In this document: positions 9,467-18,760 of the stretch, piece after piece
Layout: every line of letters starts with the position of its first letter
How positions within the stretch are numbered: position 1 is the first letter of the stretch
Virus record (IMG/VR): IMGVR_UViG_3300010429_001617
Length of the DNA stretch: 64,000 nucleotides
Direction: 5' to 3' (one strand)
From: a virus
Lineage: Duplodnaviria; Caudoviricetes
Position numbers and translations under genes: made by a program
Notes under the pieces: model-generated
Databases searched by the model: none
Told to the model about the DNA's origin: nothing
Seen by the model: the letters and a program-made list of their open reading frames with translations, nothing else

Positions 9467-11278
9467 ATGAACAATTTAAAAAATATAATAAATGAAAAAA
9501 AGAATAATATAGGAGCGTTATGTATTTATATAAAAAAAAGAGAATATTTAGAAGAACAATTAGAAAAATATTTAATCGATAACAAAATAGAAATAGAATT
9601 GACTCTATCTCAGAAAATATGGTGTTATGATAATAGTGAAACAAATATTCTTTGTGGCTGTGGTAAAATGAAAAAATGGAAAGATTTTAAATCTGGATGG
9701 CGCATTACGTGTGGAAACAAAAATTGTATCAACAATAAAAGAAAAGAAACTAATATCAGTGTTTATGGATGCGATAATCCATTAAAGAATGAAAAAATTA
9801 GAGAAAAAGTGGAGCTGACAAACATAAAGAAATATGGGGTGTCAGTGGCATCAAAAAATCAATTTGTTAAAGAAAAAATATCAAAAGTTCTACAAAATAG
9901 AGACAACATTCATAAAGAAAAAACCAAAAAAAAGAAAATAGAAAGTTGGAAAAATAAAAATGAAGATGATAAGAAAATCATTAGACTAAAAAGAAAAGAT
10001 AAAATGGATCGAAAAACATTAGATGAAAAAAAATTGATAGATTCTAAAAGAAAAAAAACTTGTTTAAATAGATATGGTTCTGAATATGCTATAAGCTCAA
10101 AAGAGATTAGAAATAAAATCGAAAAAATTTTTATGAAAAAATATGGGGGGAAATCCCCCTTTTCCAATGAAGATATTGTAAAGAAATCCATTGATAGTTA
10201 CAAAAACGGACGAATAGAAGAAATTAAAAATAAATTGAATGATTTTAATGTTGAATATGTCTCACATATTAATAAAAACAGTGAGTCGTCAAACATCGAA
10301 TATGTTCTAAAATGTAAAAGAACAAACAATTTTTTTAAAATGAGTTACACAAACTTAAGAGTTAGATTAATATCTAAATCAGAAATTTCTCCATTTTTCA
10401 GAGAAAAAAAAGGCACTTCAGATGAAGAAGAAAGATTATTTAATTTTATAAAAGAAATATATGTCGGTGAAATTATAAAAAACACCAAAAATATAATATC
10501 GCCCTTAGAACTAGACATTTATCTCCCAGAACTAAAACTAGCTTTTGAGTTCAACGGTCTTTTTTGGCATAATGAACTCAACAAGTCCAACAACTATCAT
10601 CTTGAGAAAACCGAGTTAGCTGAAAAACAAGGAATAAAGCTTGTCCACATCTACGAGGACGACTGGATGTTCAAACAGGAAATTGTCAAATCAAGAATAT
10701 TAAATTTGTTAAACAAGACTCCGAACAAGATCTACGCTAGAAAATGTGAGATAAAAGAAGTGTTTGATAATAAACTGGTTAGAGAATTTCTTGAGAACAA
10801 TCATATTCAAGGTTTTGTGGGATCAAAGATCAAAATAGGTCTTTTTTATTCTGGTGAACTAGTTTCCTTGATGACCTTTGGAAGCTTGAGAAGAGCAATG
10901 GGACAAAACTCACACGATGGATCCTATGAAATGCTCAGGTTTTGTAACAAACTGAACACCAATGTTATTGGAGGAGCTTCGAGACTGTTCAAATTCTTTG
11001 TTAAAAATTTTGAGCCAAAAGAAGTAACTAGTTATGCTGATCGTAGCTGGAGTCAAGGAGATTTATATAAAAATCTTGGTTTTGAACTTATCAGAAAAAC
11101 CGAGCCAAATTATTATTATGTTATTGACGGCGTGAGGAGGCACAGGTTTGGTTTTAGAAAAGATCATCTCGTTAAAGAAGGATTTGATCCTTTAAAGACC
11201 GAACACGAAATAATGCTCGATAGAAAAATTTATAGAATTTATGACTCAGGGAATTTAAAGTTTATAAAAAATTTATAA
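9467..11278 (+). CDS. putative homing endonuclease, paralog of 6961..8604
   Basis: C-terminal ~280 aa highly similar (ELDIYLPELKLAFEFNGLFWH...YDSGNLKF); different N-terminal region. Confidence 0.75.
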   Translation: MNNLKNIINEKKNNIGALCIYIKKREYLEEQLEKYLIDNKIEIELTLSQKIWCYDNSETNILCGCGKMKKWKDFKSGWRITCGNKNCINNKRKETNISVYGCDNPLKNEKIREKVELTNIKKYGVSVASKNQFVKEKISKVLQNRDNIHKEKTKKKKIESWKNKNEDDKKIIRLKRKDKMDRKTLDEKKLIDSKRKKTCLNRYGSEYAISSKEIRNKIEKIFMKKYGGKSPFSNEDIVKKSIDSYKNGRIEEIKNKLNDFNVEYVSHINKNSESSNIEYVLKCKRTNNFFKMSYTNLRVRLISKSEISPFFREKKGTSDEEERLFNFIKEIYVGEIIKNTKNIISPLELDIYLPELKLAFEFNGLFWHNELNKSNNYHLEKTELAEKQGIKLVHIYEDDWMFKQEIVKSRILNLLNKTPNKIYARKCEIKEVFDNKLVREFLENNHIQGFVGSKIKIGLFYSGELVSLMTFGSLRRAMGQNSHDGSYEMLRFCNKLNTNVIGGASRLFKFFVKNFEPKEVTSYADRSWSQGDLYKNLGFELIRKTEPNYYYVIDGVRRHRFGFRKDHLVKEGFDPLKTEHEIMLDRKIYRIYDSGNLKFIKNL

Positions 11279-13000
11279 AGTTTTAAAAATAACGGCATCT
11301 TCGAATATCCAATAGTAAATAACTCCTCTATCAAATCCGTGTTTTTTTGTCAATTCCTTGGATTCTGAAGCTCTTACCATTTTACTCAAACTGAAAATTT
11401 TACTTTCCACTTTACCAATACTTCTGAAAACTGGTTTTCCTTCAGCTATTTTTGATTCTAGAAAATCAAAATATTGATCGACCAATTCTATTTGTTTTAA
11501 AGTTCTTTCATAAAACAATTTTTTAACTTTTGATAGATTTTCATCTTTAAGCTTATCTTCATATTCATTTATTTTGGAATCTATATCCTCGCGAGACACA
11601 ACTTTTTCTATTTCAAAAAATTCTGTATATTTCTTTTTTAATAAATCTTCTGTTTTTAAGGATGGTGTTCTACCGAACCCACCAAGTAGATCATCGGTTT
11701 CTTCCTCCTCTTCTTCTTCTGTCGTTGTTGGTCTTATCCCTAAATCGAATTTTTGAAAATATTTCGAATGTTTAACAACCATCGATCTTTTCGCATATCT
11801 AACTGAAATGTCACCATCGCCCCACAATCTAACGACCTCACCAATTTTTTTATCTGGATCATTTATATCAAAAACCTTATCCCCTTCTTTTATTCCGTTA
11901 TTCATGTCATCTTTCTTAGGAGGAACCACTTCTTCACTTTTTCCAATAACATCGATAATATATTTAGGCCAAACATATATGGTCAACGAACTTAAATTTT
12001 TTGACTCATCTTCATCAAAATGAATAAGATACGATACTGGTTTACCGACGGCATCAAAGTTTATTTTTCTAACTTCACCAATTCTATTAATCACTTGAAT
12101 TTCAGATGTGTCATCATTAACCAACACCTTAGAACCTATACCAATTTTCTTCTTTTTATCACCACCTGATTCAACTTTATTCGTTTTACTGACATCTTGA
12201 ATAATAGGTGTAGAACCGTCATATAGTTTCAATTCCGAAATAGGTATATCGAAAAATCTTACCCCTGTTGCACTTAAGATATCACAAGAAGGTTCCAAAA
12301 ATTCATAACCATTATTGCTTCTAACGTGATGCATCTTAACGATTTCAAAAACTTCCCCACCATATAATACTTTACATTTAACATCAAAAGGATATTTTAA
12401 CATGATGTTACCATCTACACTATAATCAACACCAATATCACTCTTAACTCCATATATAACACCCCCTTTAGGCACTTCTGTGACGAAACCTTTAACATAC
12501 TTACCATTGAAATAAAAATATACTACATCACCTACTTTGTGTTTGAGATTTTTGTTTTCTTCTGGAATTATTTTATTTGTATCTGGTTCTTCATCGATGG
12601 GTTTTAATTCTGAAAATCTAGCATTTATGATCATTTTGCTGTCTAAGGATTCTATCGTACAAGAAGGTTCTTCAAAAGTATGTCCATAATTGACAAATTT
12701 AATATTAAAAATTTTACCGTTTTGTTTTCTAATAAAAGCATCTAATCTTTTACTGGAATCAAGAAAAACTTTATCTCCTTTTTTTAAAGGATATTGAACC
12801 AAAAGATTTTCATTAAAATAATCTATTCTGTTGTCAGTAGTTCTAACACTATAATGATCCCCTCTATAAAAAGGAATTTTAGTTACGACACCTTTTTTGT
12901 ACTCGCGATTTATCATAAAATATACAACATCTCCAACGGCGAATCTATTCAATGTTATACCACCAAAGGATTCATTTAAATAGTCTTTAAATTTTAACAT
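11273..13000 (-). CDS. multi SH3/KOW-like repeat protein with capsid-targeting-like leader
   Basis: MLKFKDYLNE|S leader; repeated VGDVVYF / KKGDKVF / IGSKVLV / KEGDKVF units. Confidence 0.55.
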   Translation of the reverse strand: MLKFKDYLNESFGGITLNRFAVGDVVYFMINREYKKGVVTKIPFYRGDHYSVRTTDNRIDYFNENLLVQYPLKKGDKVFLDSSKRLDAFIRKQNGKIFNIKFVNYGHTFEEPSCTIESLDSKMIINARFSELKPIDEEPDTNKIIPEENKNLKHKVGDVVYFYFNGKYVKGFVTEVPKGGVIYGVKSDIGVDYSVDGNIMLKYPFDVKCKVLYGGEVFEIVKMHHVRSNNGYEFLEPSCDILSATGVRFFDIPISELKLYDGSTPIIQDVSKTNKVESGGDKKKKIGIGSKVLVNDDTSEIQVINRIGEVRKINFDAVGKPVSYLIHFDEDESKNLSSLTIYVWPKYIIDVIGKSEEVVPPKKDDMNNGIKEGDKVFDINDPDKKIGEVVRLWGDGDISVRYAKRSMVVKHSKYFQKFDLGIRPTTTEEEEEEETDDLLGGFGRTPSLKTEDLLKKKYTEFFEIEKVVSREDIDSKINEYEDKLKDENLSKVKKLFYERTLKQIELVDQYFDFLESKIAEGKPVFRSIGKVESKIFSLSKMVRASESKELTKKHGFDRGVIYYWIFEDAVIFKTL

Positions 13001-13036
13001 TCAGCAAAATTATATTTTTTTTTATATATAAAATTT

Positions 13037-14488
13037 TCATTTTCTAATTTTTCTTATATCATCCATCATCATCAATCTTTTATTCATCACAGGCTCTTCA
13101 GGTTTTTTCTCATCGGGCTCATTAGCATTCCAAATTAATTTTGGATCCCAATCAATTCCTGTTATATCTGAAATTATTTTATTTTTCATCAAATCCATTA
13201 TTTTTATACCTAAAAATGGTTTTCTTTGACATTTACCTAAAATATTTGTCAAATTACCTATTCCCTTGTGTCCGCCAGCTCTAGCTTTTTCAAAATGATA
13301 TCCGAAATCATATCTAAGTACTCTATCTAATAAATATTTTGTATATTCATTTAAGTCATCAATAACTTTACCATTATCCATTTTCGGTAAATTGGTTTCA
13401 TTTTCAATTCCTTTATAATCACATATTTGTAAAGACGATGAATAATCCAAAAGAATAAATTGTATATCATTATCCTTATCTTTAAGAGTTCTTTTAACTA
13501 ATGCTCTGGCCCTAAGAGCATTGGCCATTGAACCAGATGGAAAATAAACTAAATTTCTCAAAATCACAAATCCTTCAAATTTAAATTTATTTTCCGCTGC
13601 ACTCCAATATTTTTCAACGAATTCGTTCATGCTATTTACGGACATTTTATTATCATCTTTCCCAACAGATCTACTTATCATGGTGCCGATTCTGGCTCTG
13701 GAATCTGGTAAAAATTCGGGTATTTCTTTTATTTCTTCAGCATAAACTATAGGATTTTCTCCCCTTATTAATTCTCTTCTTATCGCTTCTTTATCCGACC
13801 CCCGTTTAACGTTAATATTATTTAGAGGATAAAACAGTTTAAATAGATTATAAATGTTTAAAATCGATGTTGTTCCATTATGTATAACTTCTATTAATGT
13901 TTTATAATCACTTCTTTTTATTAGCTGGTTAAAGGCTGCCGCCATAAACAATCTAGGATTTTCTTTTTTAACAACATCCTTTAGATCGAAATTTAAAATA
14001 TATTCAATGTCAACTCCATAATCAGAATACTTCGCAGCATCGATCATTGATATAACGGAAAGAGCCGTCTTATCTGTTGGTATACCAAGTAAATGACATA
14101 TTAAACCATAACAAGAATCACTTTTAACTTTAAAGGAAATTTCGCTTTTCTTTACAAATTCATCATCCAAATGGTGATCAATATATATGTCCAAGTCTTT
14201 ATTGTCTTCGGCGAAATCAAGACAAATATTAATATAAGTTTTGTCTATCTCAAATAATTTCCAACCATCTGTGTAATTTATTATTCCATATCCTGCTACG
14301 GTGAAACCATGATTCTTTAAATATTCTTTCATGACTATCGCCGAGTAGATACCATCCAGATCATCATGTGTGTAAATTATACATTCTTTTCCTCTTTTTC
14401 CTTTATCTATCCAATAGTTCTTGTCTGTTGGCATTTTTATTTGACGCTCTTCTTCATTTAATATGAAATCCACAAATTTGATTTTCAT
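13037..14488 (-). CDS. DHH-family phosphoesterase with capsid-targeting-like leader
   Basis: HDDLDG, LDFA, IDHH and C-terminal GGH motifs; MKIKFVDFILNE|E leader. Confidence 0.75.
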   Translation of the reverse strand: MKIKFVDFILNEEERQIKMPTDKNYWIDKGKRGKECIIYTHDDLDGIYSAIVMKEYLKNHGFTVAGYGIINYTDGWKLFEIDKTYINICLDFAEDNKDLDIYIDHHLDDEFVKKSEISFKVKSDSCYGLICHLLGIPTDKTALSVISMIDAAKYSDYGVDIEYILNFDLKDVVKKENPRLFMAAAFNQLIKRSDYKTLIEVIHNGTTSILNIYNLFKLFYPLNNINVKRGSDKEAIRRELIRGENPIVYAEEIKEIPEFLPDSRARIGTMISRSVGKDDNKMSVNSMNEFVEKYWSAAENKFKFEGFVILRNLVYFPSGSMANALRARALVKRTLKDKDNDIQFILLDYSSSLQICDYKGIENETNLPKMDNGKVIDDLNEYTKYLLDRVLRYDFGYHFEKARAGGHKGIGNLTNILGKCQRKPFLGIKIMDLMKNKIISDITGIDWDPKLIWNANEPDEKKPEEPVMNKRLMMMDDIRKIRK

Positions 14489-14672
14489 TTAGTTTGATTT
14501 TTTTATTGATTATATATATTAAATATTTTTTACATATTTTAATTTTTATAAAATTATAATTTATTGGTTTTCATCATTTTAAATAAAAACATGCAACATG
14601 ATCATATATATATTTACTTTTATATTTTTTTTAACGCACTCTTTATATATATATATGTTAAAAAATATCATT

Positions 14673-14768
14673 ATGAAGAAACAAACTAAAAAGCAACAGA
14701 AAAAGAGCAATAAGAATAAAGAAAGAATAAAGAATCTGAAAGCAGCTCATCCCAATAAACAAAAATAA
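14673..14768 (+). CDS. possible 31-aa basic peptide
   Basis: MKKQTKKQQKKSNKNKERIKNLKAAHPNKQK downstream of a TATATA tract. Confidence 0.3.
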   Translation: MKKQTKKQQKKSNKNKERIKNLKAAHPNKQK

Positions 14769-14840
14769 TAATTTTGTCAATTTTTATATTAAACAAACTT
14801 TCTTTTTTATCATAAAAAGAAGAAATCTTATTTTCGAATT

Positions 14841-15620
14841 ATGACTAAACAAGATAATAGTTTGCACATCAAATTAACATCAGATAATTTATCTATTTTT
14901 TTATCCAAAGTGAAAGATTTGGTAAAAATCGATCCAAGATTGGTGTTAAAAATTGATAAGGATAATATTTTGATGTTTTCATTTGTTGGTGACACTTTTA
15001 AGAATATACATGCATTCAAAAATTATATTTTTAAAACTGATGAATTGTTTGATATTAAAGAGAAAGATGAATCTAATGATTATTCTTTAATTTTCATCAT
15101 AAAAGATGGCAAACGTTTTAATCGAACTCTTGAAAATTTTATAGATTATGGTGAAAATATAAATTGTAAAATTGTTTATAATGAAGAATCATATGTTAAT
15201 TTTATGACATTCGATAACAAAAAATTAAATATAAAAATAATAGGTGGAGATCCTATTTCGATTGGCAAAGAAATAAGCATAGATGATATAAATTATTTAA
15301 TGGACACAGACAATTCATTTTTCAATTTCAATATATCAAAAAATGATTTTGAAAAGATTAAAAAGATGTCTATGATTGACAAACAATTAAAAGATGTGTT
15401 GAATATTCATGTAAAAGATAAAAAAGTGTATGTCGCTGAAACAAAATGGCATTTAAATGTTTTTGATAAAATAGAATACGAAAATGTCACAATAACATTT
15501 CCAAAGGATTATTTTATTAGCATGAACCCATCGAGCGATATACAAACATTTGTTTTTGAAGGATTTGTGTTATTCAAATATGATGATTATAATTTAATGG
15601 TGGTATTAGAAACAAATTAA
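14841..15620 (+). CDS. putative DNA sliding clamp (gp45/PCNA-like)
   Basis: 259 aa with two-domain alpha/beta periodicity; ends LFKYDDYNLMVVLE like clamp C-termini. Confidence 0.45.
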   Translation: MTKQDNSLHIKLTSDNLSIFLSKVKDLVKIDPRLVLKIDKDNILMFSFVGDTFKNIHAFKNYIFKTDELFDIKEKDESNDYSLIFIIKDGKRFNRTLENFIDYGENINCKIVYNEESYVNFMTFDNKKLNIKIIGGDPISIGKEISIDDINYLMDTDNSFFNFNISKNDFEKIKKMSMIDKQLKDVLNIHVKDKKVYVAETKWHLNVFDKIEYENVTITFPKDYFISMNPSSDIQTFVFEGFVLFKYDDYNLMVVLETN

Positions 15621-15683
15621 CAAAATTAACAATTTTGTCAAAAAAGTAGTTTTTATTGAAACGAAAGAAACACAATTTGTAAA

Positions 15684-16172
15684 ATGAAAATATTTATTAG
15701 AGGAAAAAGTTACAACATAGACGAAGATGAGTCTTATGAAAAATGGAAAATGATATTGGATACTATAGGATTTTATAATGAAGAAGTTAAGAAATTTGCT
15801 TCTTTATATTGTGAAATACATAATATAAAACAGAAAGAAAATCTAATAAATCCGAAAAATTTATTGGCTATAAATTTGATGGTATTATCTAAAATTGATA
15901 TTGATGATGATAAGACTATACAATATTCCGAAGATGAAAGTATAATCAAAGATTATATCAATCCTATTATTATTGAATCAGATGAAAACGATTTTAGTTC
16001 ATCATCAAATGATGTTTTGGATATGGTAACTGATTCTATATCAGATGTAATAAATAATAGAATGAATTTTTATTCCAATCTTTATGTAGAAGATATTATA
16101 TCAGATATAGAAACTACTGTAGTAGATAAAACTCTAAATATAAGAGTGTTCTCTAAATTTGGAACAGATTAA
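15684..16172 (+). CDS. hypothetical protein
   Basis: 162-aa ORF. Confidence 0.55.
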   Translation: MKIFIRGKSYNIDEDESYEKWKMILDTIGFYNEEVKKFASLYCEIHNIKQKENLINPKNLLAINLMVLSKIDIDDDKTIQYSEDESIIKDYINPIIIESDENDFSSSSNDVLDMVTDSISDVINNRMNFYSNLYVEDIISDIETTVVDKTLNIRVFSKFGTD

Positions 16173-16667
16173 AATAATGTGGTCTAAAAGTCCCCGTTTA
16201 TCATCTATATAATCATTGATATCATCTTCTATATCATCAATTTCTTCGCCGTATTCTACAGCATCTTTGATTAAGGATTCTACATAAGATAAATCTTTCA
16301 TGGCTTTTTGTAATAAATTCATCACATCAATAGTTCTTTCCCACACATCATAATATTCTATTTCCAAAAAGTTTTCCTTGTCTTTTCTTATATCATAGTT
16401 ACCTTTGACATCAATTCCGTTTATTTTTTTAATAGTTTGAGATATATTAATCGTTCGATCAGGACTTGAAAAAGTTCCACCCCCGGAAGCTTGTAATATT
16501 GTTCCTTTTTTTATAAATAATTTTCCTCCTCCATCAGATAATAATATATTTAAATCTTTTTTAGCTATGTACAGATTGTGATATCCTTTTGATAAATTCA
16601 CTGTGACCTGTTCTTTTAAAATTTTATTTCCACTGCCGTAATTGTCAAATTTTTTTAATGTTTTCAT
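16134..16667 (-). CDS. hypothetical protein with leader MKTLKKFDN...ILKE|Q
   Basis: Start reassigned to ATG 16667; acidic coiled C-terminus. Confidence 0.5.
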   Translation of the reverse strand: MKTLKKFDNYGSGNKILKEQVTVNLSKGYHNLYIAKKDLNILLSDGGGKLFIKKGTILQASGGGTFSSPDRTINISQTIKKINGIDVKGNYDIRKDKENFLEIEYYDVWERTIDVMNLLQKAMKDLSYVESLIKDAVEYGEEIDDIEDDINDYIDDKRGLLDHIILICSKFREHSYI

Positions 16668-16805
16668 ATCCTTTAAAATTATTTTTATATGTATTGATAT
16701 TTTTTTCATTTTTTTTATAGTAAATAAAAAAAAACTATTTTTAAATTTTGATATATAACAAAAAAATTCCGTTTCGGAATTCAAAAAATAAAGACAATAA
16801 AAAAG

Positions 16806-16961
16806 ATGAAAAAAATCGTGAAGATCATGGCAGTTTTATCAATTATTTTTATGGCTTTTGCTTGCACGCCTAAATCTGAAGTTAAAGATAATGTAAATCA
16901 GAATGATACAACTTTAGTGGCGGACTCAGCAGCAGTGGCTGATACAGTTGTGACAGAATAA
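16806..16961 (+). CDS. small lipoprotein (51 aa), not in ORF track
   Basis: MKKIVKIMAVLSIIFMAFA-C-TPKSEVKD...DSAAVADTVVTE: basic n-region, h-region, lipobox Cys; followed by terminator. Confidence 0.75.
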   Translation: MKKIVKIMAVLSIIFMAFACTPKSEVKDNVNQNDTTLVADSAAVADTVVTE

Positions 16962-16988
16962 TTGAAAATCGCTAATGAAATGTGATGG

Positions 16989-17023
16989 GGAATTGGAATA
17001 TTTTTCAATTCCTTTTTTTTTTT
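16989..17023 (+). terminator. rho-independent terminator
   Basis: ggaattgga...tcaattcc stem followed by long T run. Confidence 0.6.
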
Positions 17024-17084
17024 GCTAAAAATAAATATAACTTCGTGTTTAATACATGATATAAATAAAAAATAATATATAAAT

Positions 17085-17297
17085 ATGAAAACTCTTAGAA
17101 AAAATGATGATTTTAAAAAAATGCCAGATAAGAATTGGTTAGATCATAAAAATATCGAAAAGATGATTGGTAGTGGCTGGAAATATGTTAGTAGAAAAGA
17201 ATGGAAAGAATTCAGAGGCGATGTTTTGGTTAAAGAAATAGAAAAGGATGATAAAGAAAAGAATAACAAAAATAAAAAAATGAAAAAGGAGAAATAA
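17085..17297 (+). CDS. small basic hypothetical protein
   Basis: 70-aa ORF with GWKYVSRKEWK; TAATATATA at 17073. Confidence 0.6.
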   Translation: MKTLRKNDDFKKMPDKNWLDHKNIEKMIGSGWKYVSRKEWKEFRGDVLVKEIEKDDKEKNNKNKKMKKEK

Positions 17298-17299
17298 AA

Positions 17300-17722
17300 A
17301 TGTTTGAAATAATTATTAAAGGAGTTGCTGGTGAATGTAACATAGATAGAAGAAAACTAGGTGATCGAGTATCTGAAATAGATTGTCAAGATTGTTTTTC
17401 TGAATATTTTCATGAAGAATTTAGATTTGGTGGTCAAACAACTCGTAATCAACAAGATCTAATAAACAAAGGTGTAAAAGGTGGATATATGAGATTTTCT
17501 TATGAAAAGAATAATATCTATGTTATTGTTGAGTATGAATCGAGAGAAAAACTAACTGATGAAGAATTGGATATATTGAAAAGGTATACACAAGGTCAGT
17601 TATCAGATGGTATAGGAGAAGGATTTGAACAATGCCCATGCTTATATATAGATGGAGAAGAAGTATATTTATCACCTTGGTATAACGGTCAAAAATTAAG
17701 TGTTATTCAAAAAGAAATATGA
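17300..17722 (+). CDS. hypothetical phage protein
   Basis: 140 aa, conserved-looking GQLSDGIGEGFEQ motif. Confidence 0.6.
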   Translation: MFEIIIKGVAGECNIDRRKLGDRVSEIDCQDCFSEYFHEEFRFGGQTTRNQQDLINKGVKGGYMRFSYEKNNIYVIVEYESREKLTDEELDILKRYTQGQLSDGIGEGFEQCPCLYIDGEEVYLSPWYNGQKLSVIQKEI

Positions 17723-18333
17723 AAGATATGGAAACTAGAAAGATATCGGTTAACGCTGAAGATCTCAAACCCAGTCAGAATGACCTATATTTAGGTCATA
17801 TTTTTTCTAGATTTATTGTAAGAGATGATGAAAGAAAGTCAGTTTTAAACTCAAGCCTAAAAGATCTCGATATGATAATAAGTCAAGATGATTATATTAT
17901 AGACGGACACCATAGATGGGCTTTGGTTATGATATTAGATCCAACTTGCGAAATCATATGTACCCAAATCAAGAAAAAATTTGATGATATTATAGATGAT
18001 TTGGATGATATTTCCGATAAAGAACCACATAAAAAAAGCGGAGAGTTTAAATTAGAAGATTGGATCGATAAAAAAGATGATGTTGTGAAAAATAAGATAA
18101 TTGATATAATGAAGAATGCTATTAAAAACGGTGTTTCTGTTGGTGAAAACCACTATCAATCCGACAAAGATTGGAAATTGAAAAAATATTTAAAAAAAAT
18201 AGGAAAAAAATTAGATATTGAAGAAGAAGATGTTATCGATTATCTTTATGATAATTTGAAAAAAATACCAAGAACGAATAAAAAGATAGAAAGAAAACAT
18301 ATGCCTCAAGTTAAAAAAGAGGATGTTGAATAA
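17719..18333 (+). CDS. ParB/Srx N-terminal domain protein
   Basis: LKPSQ and IISQDDYIIDGHHRWA. Confidence 0.75.
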   Translation: MKDMETRKISVNAEDLKPSQNDLYLGHIFSRFIVRDDERKSVLNSSLKDLDMIISQDDYIIDGHHRWALVMILDPTCEIICTQIKKKFDDIIDDLDDISDKEPHKKSGEFKLEDWIDKKDDVVKNKIIDIMKNAIKNGVSVGENHYQSDKDWKLKKYLKKIGKKLDIEEEDVIDYLYDNLKKIPRTNKKIERKHMPQVKKEDVE

Positions 18334-18760
18334 GAAAGAATTATTGATGACGGAAGTTCCAATTGAGATTTTTAAAATGCAAAAAGGTTATCATATTCTA
18401 TGTAGAATTAAAATAAAAAACAAAGAATATAGAGTAGTAATAGACACTGGTTCAACAGAAACTATATTCGATATAAAAAAAATAGGAAATATTTTTAAAG
18501 AAAAAATAGAAAAAACTGATGATATAACATACGATTTTAATGGAAATCTTATAGAGAATGATGTAGTTGGAATTGAAGAATTTTTTATAGGTGACATAAA
18601 AATAACAAACAGAAAAATAAAACTTTCTGATTTCAATAACTTCAACAACAATTTTCGTAAAAATGGATTACCTTTAATTGATGGTATAATCGGTAATGAT
18701 ATTCTATATGAATATCAAGCTGTTATAGATTACAATAAAAGAATTCTTTATTTGTTGTAG
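18323..18760 (+). CDS. retropepsin-like aspartyl protease
   Basis: VIDTGS catalytic motif and DGIIGNDIL. Confidence 0.85.
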   Translation: MLNKKELLMTEVPIEIFKMQKGYHILCRIKIKNKEYRVVIDTGSTETIFDIKKIGNIFKEKIEKTDDITYDFNGNLIENDVVGIEEFFIGDIKITNRKIKLSDFNNFNNNFRKNGLPLIDGIIGNDILYEYQAVIDYNKRILYLL

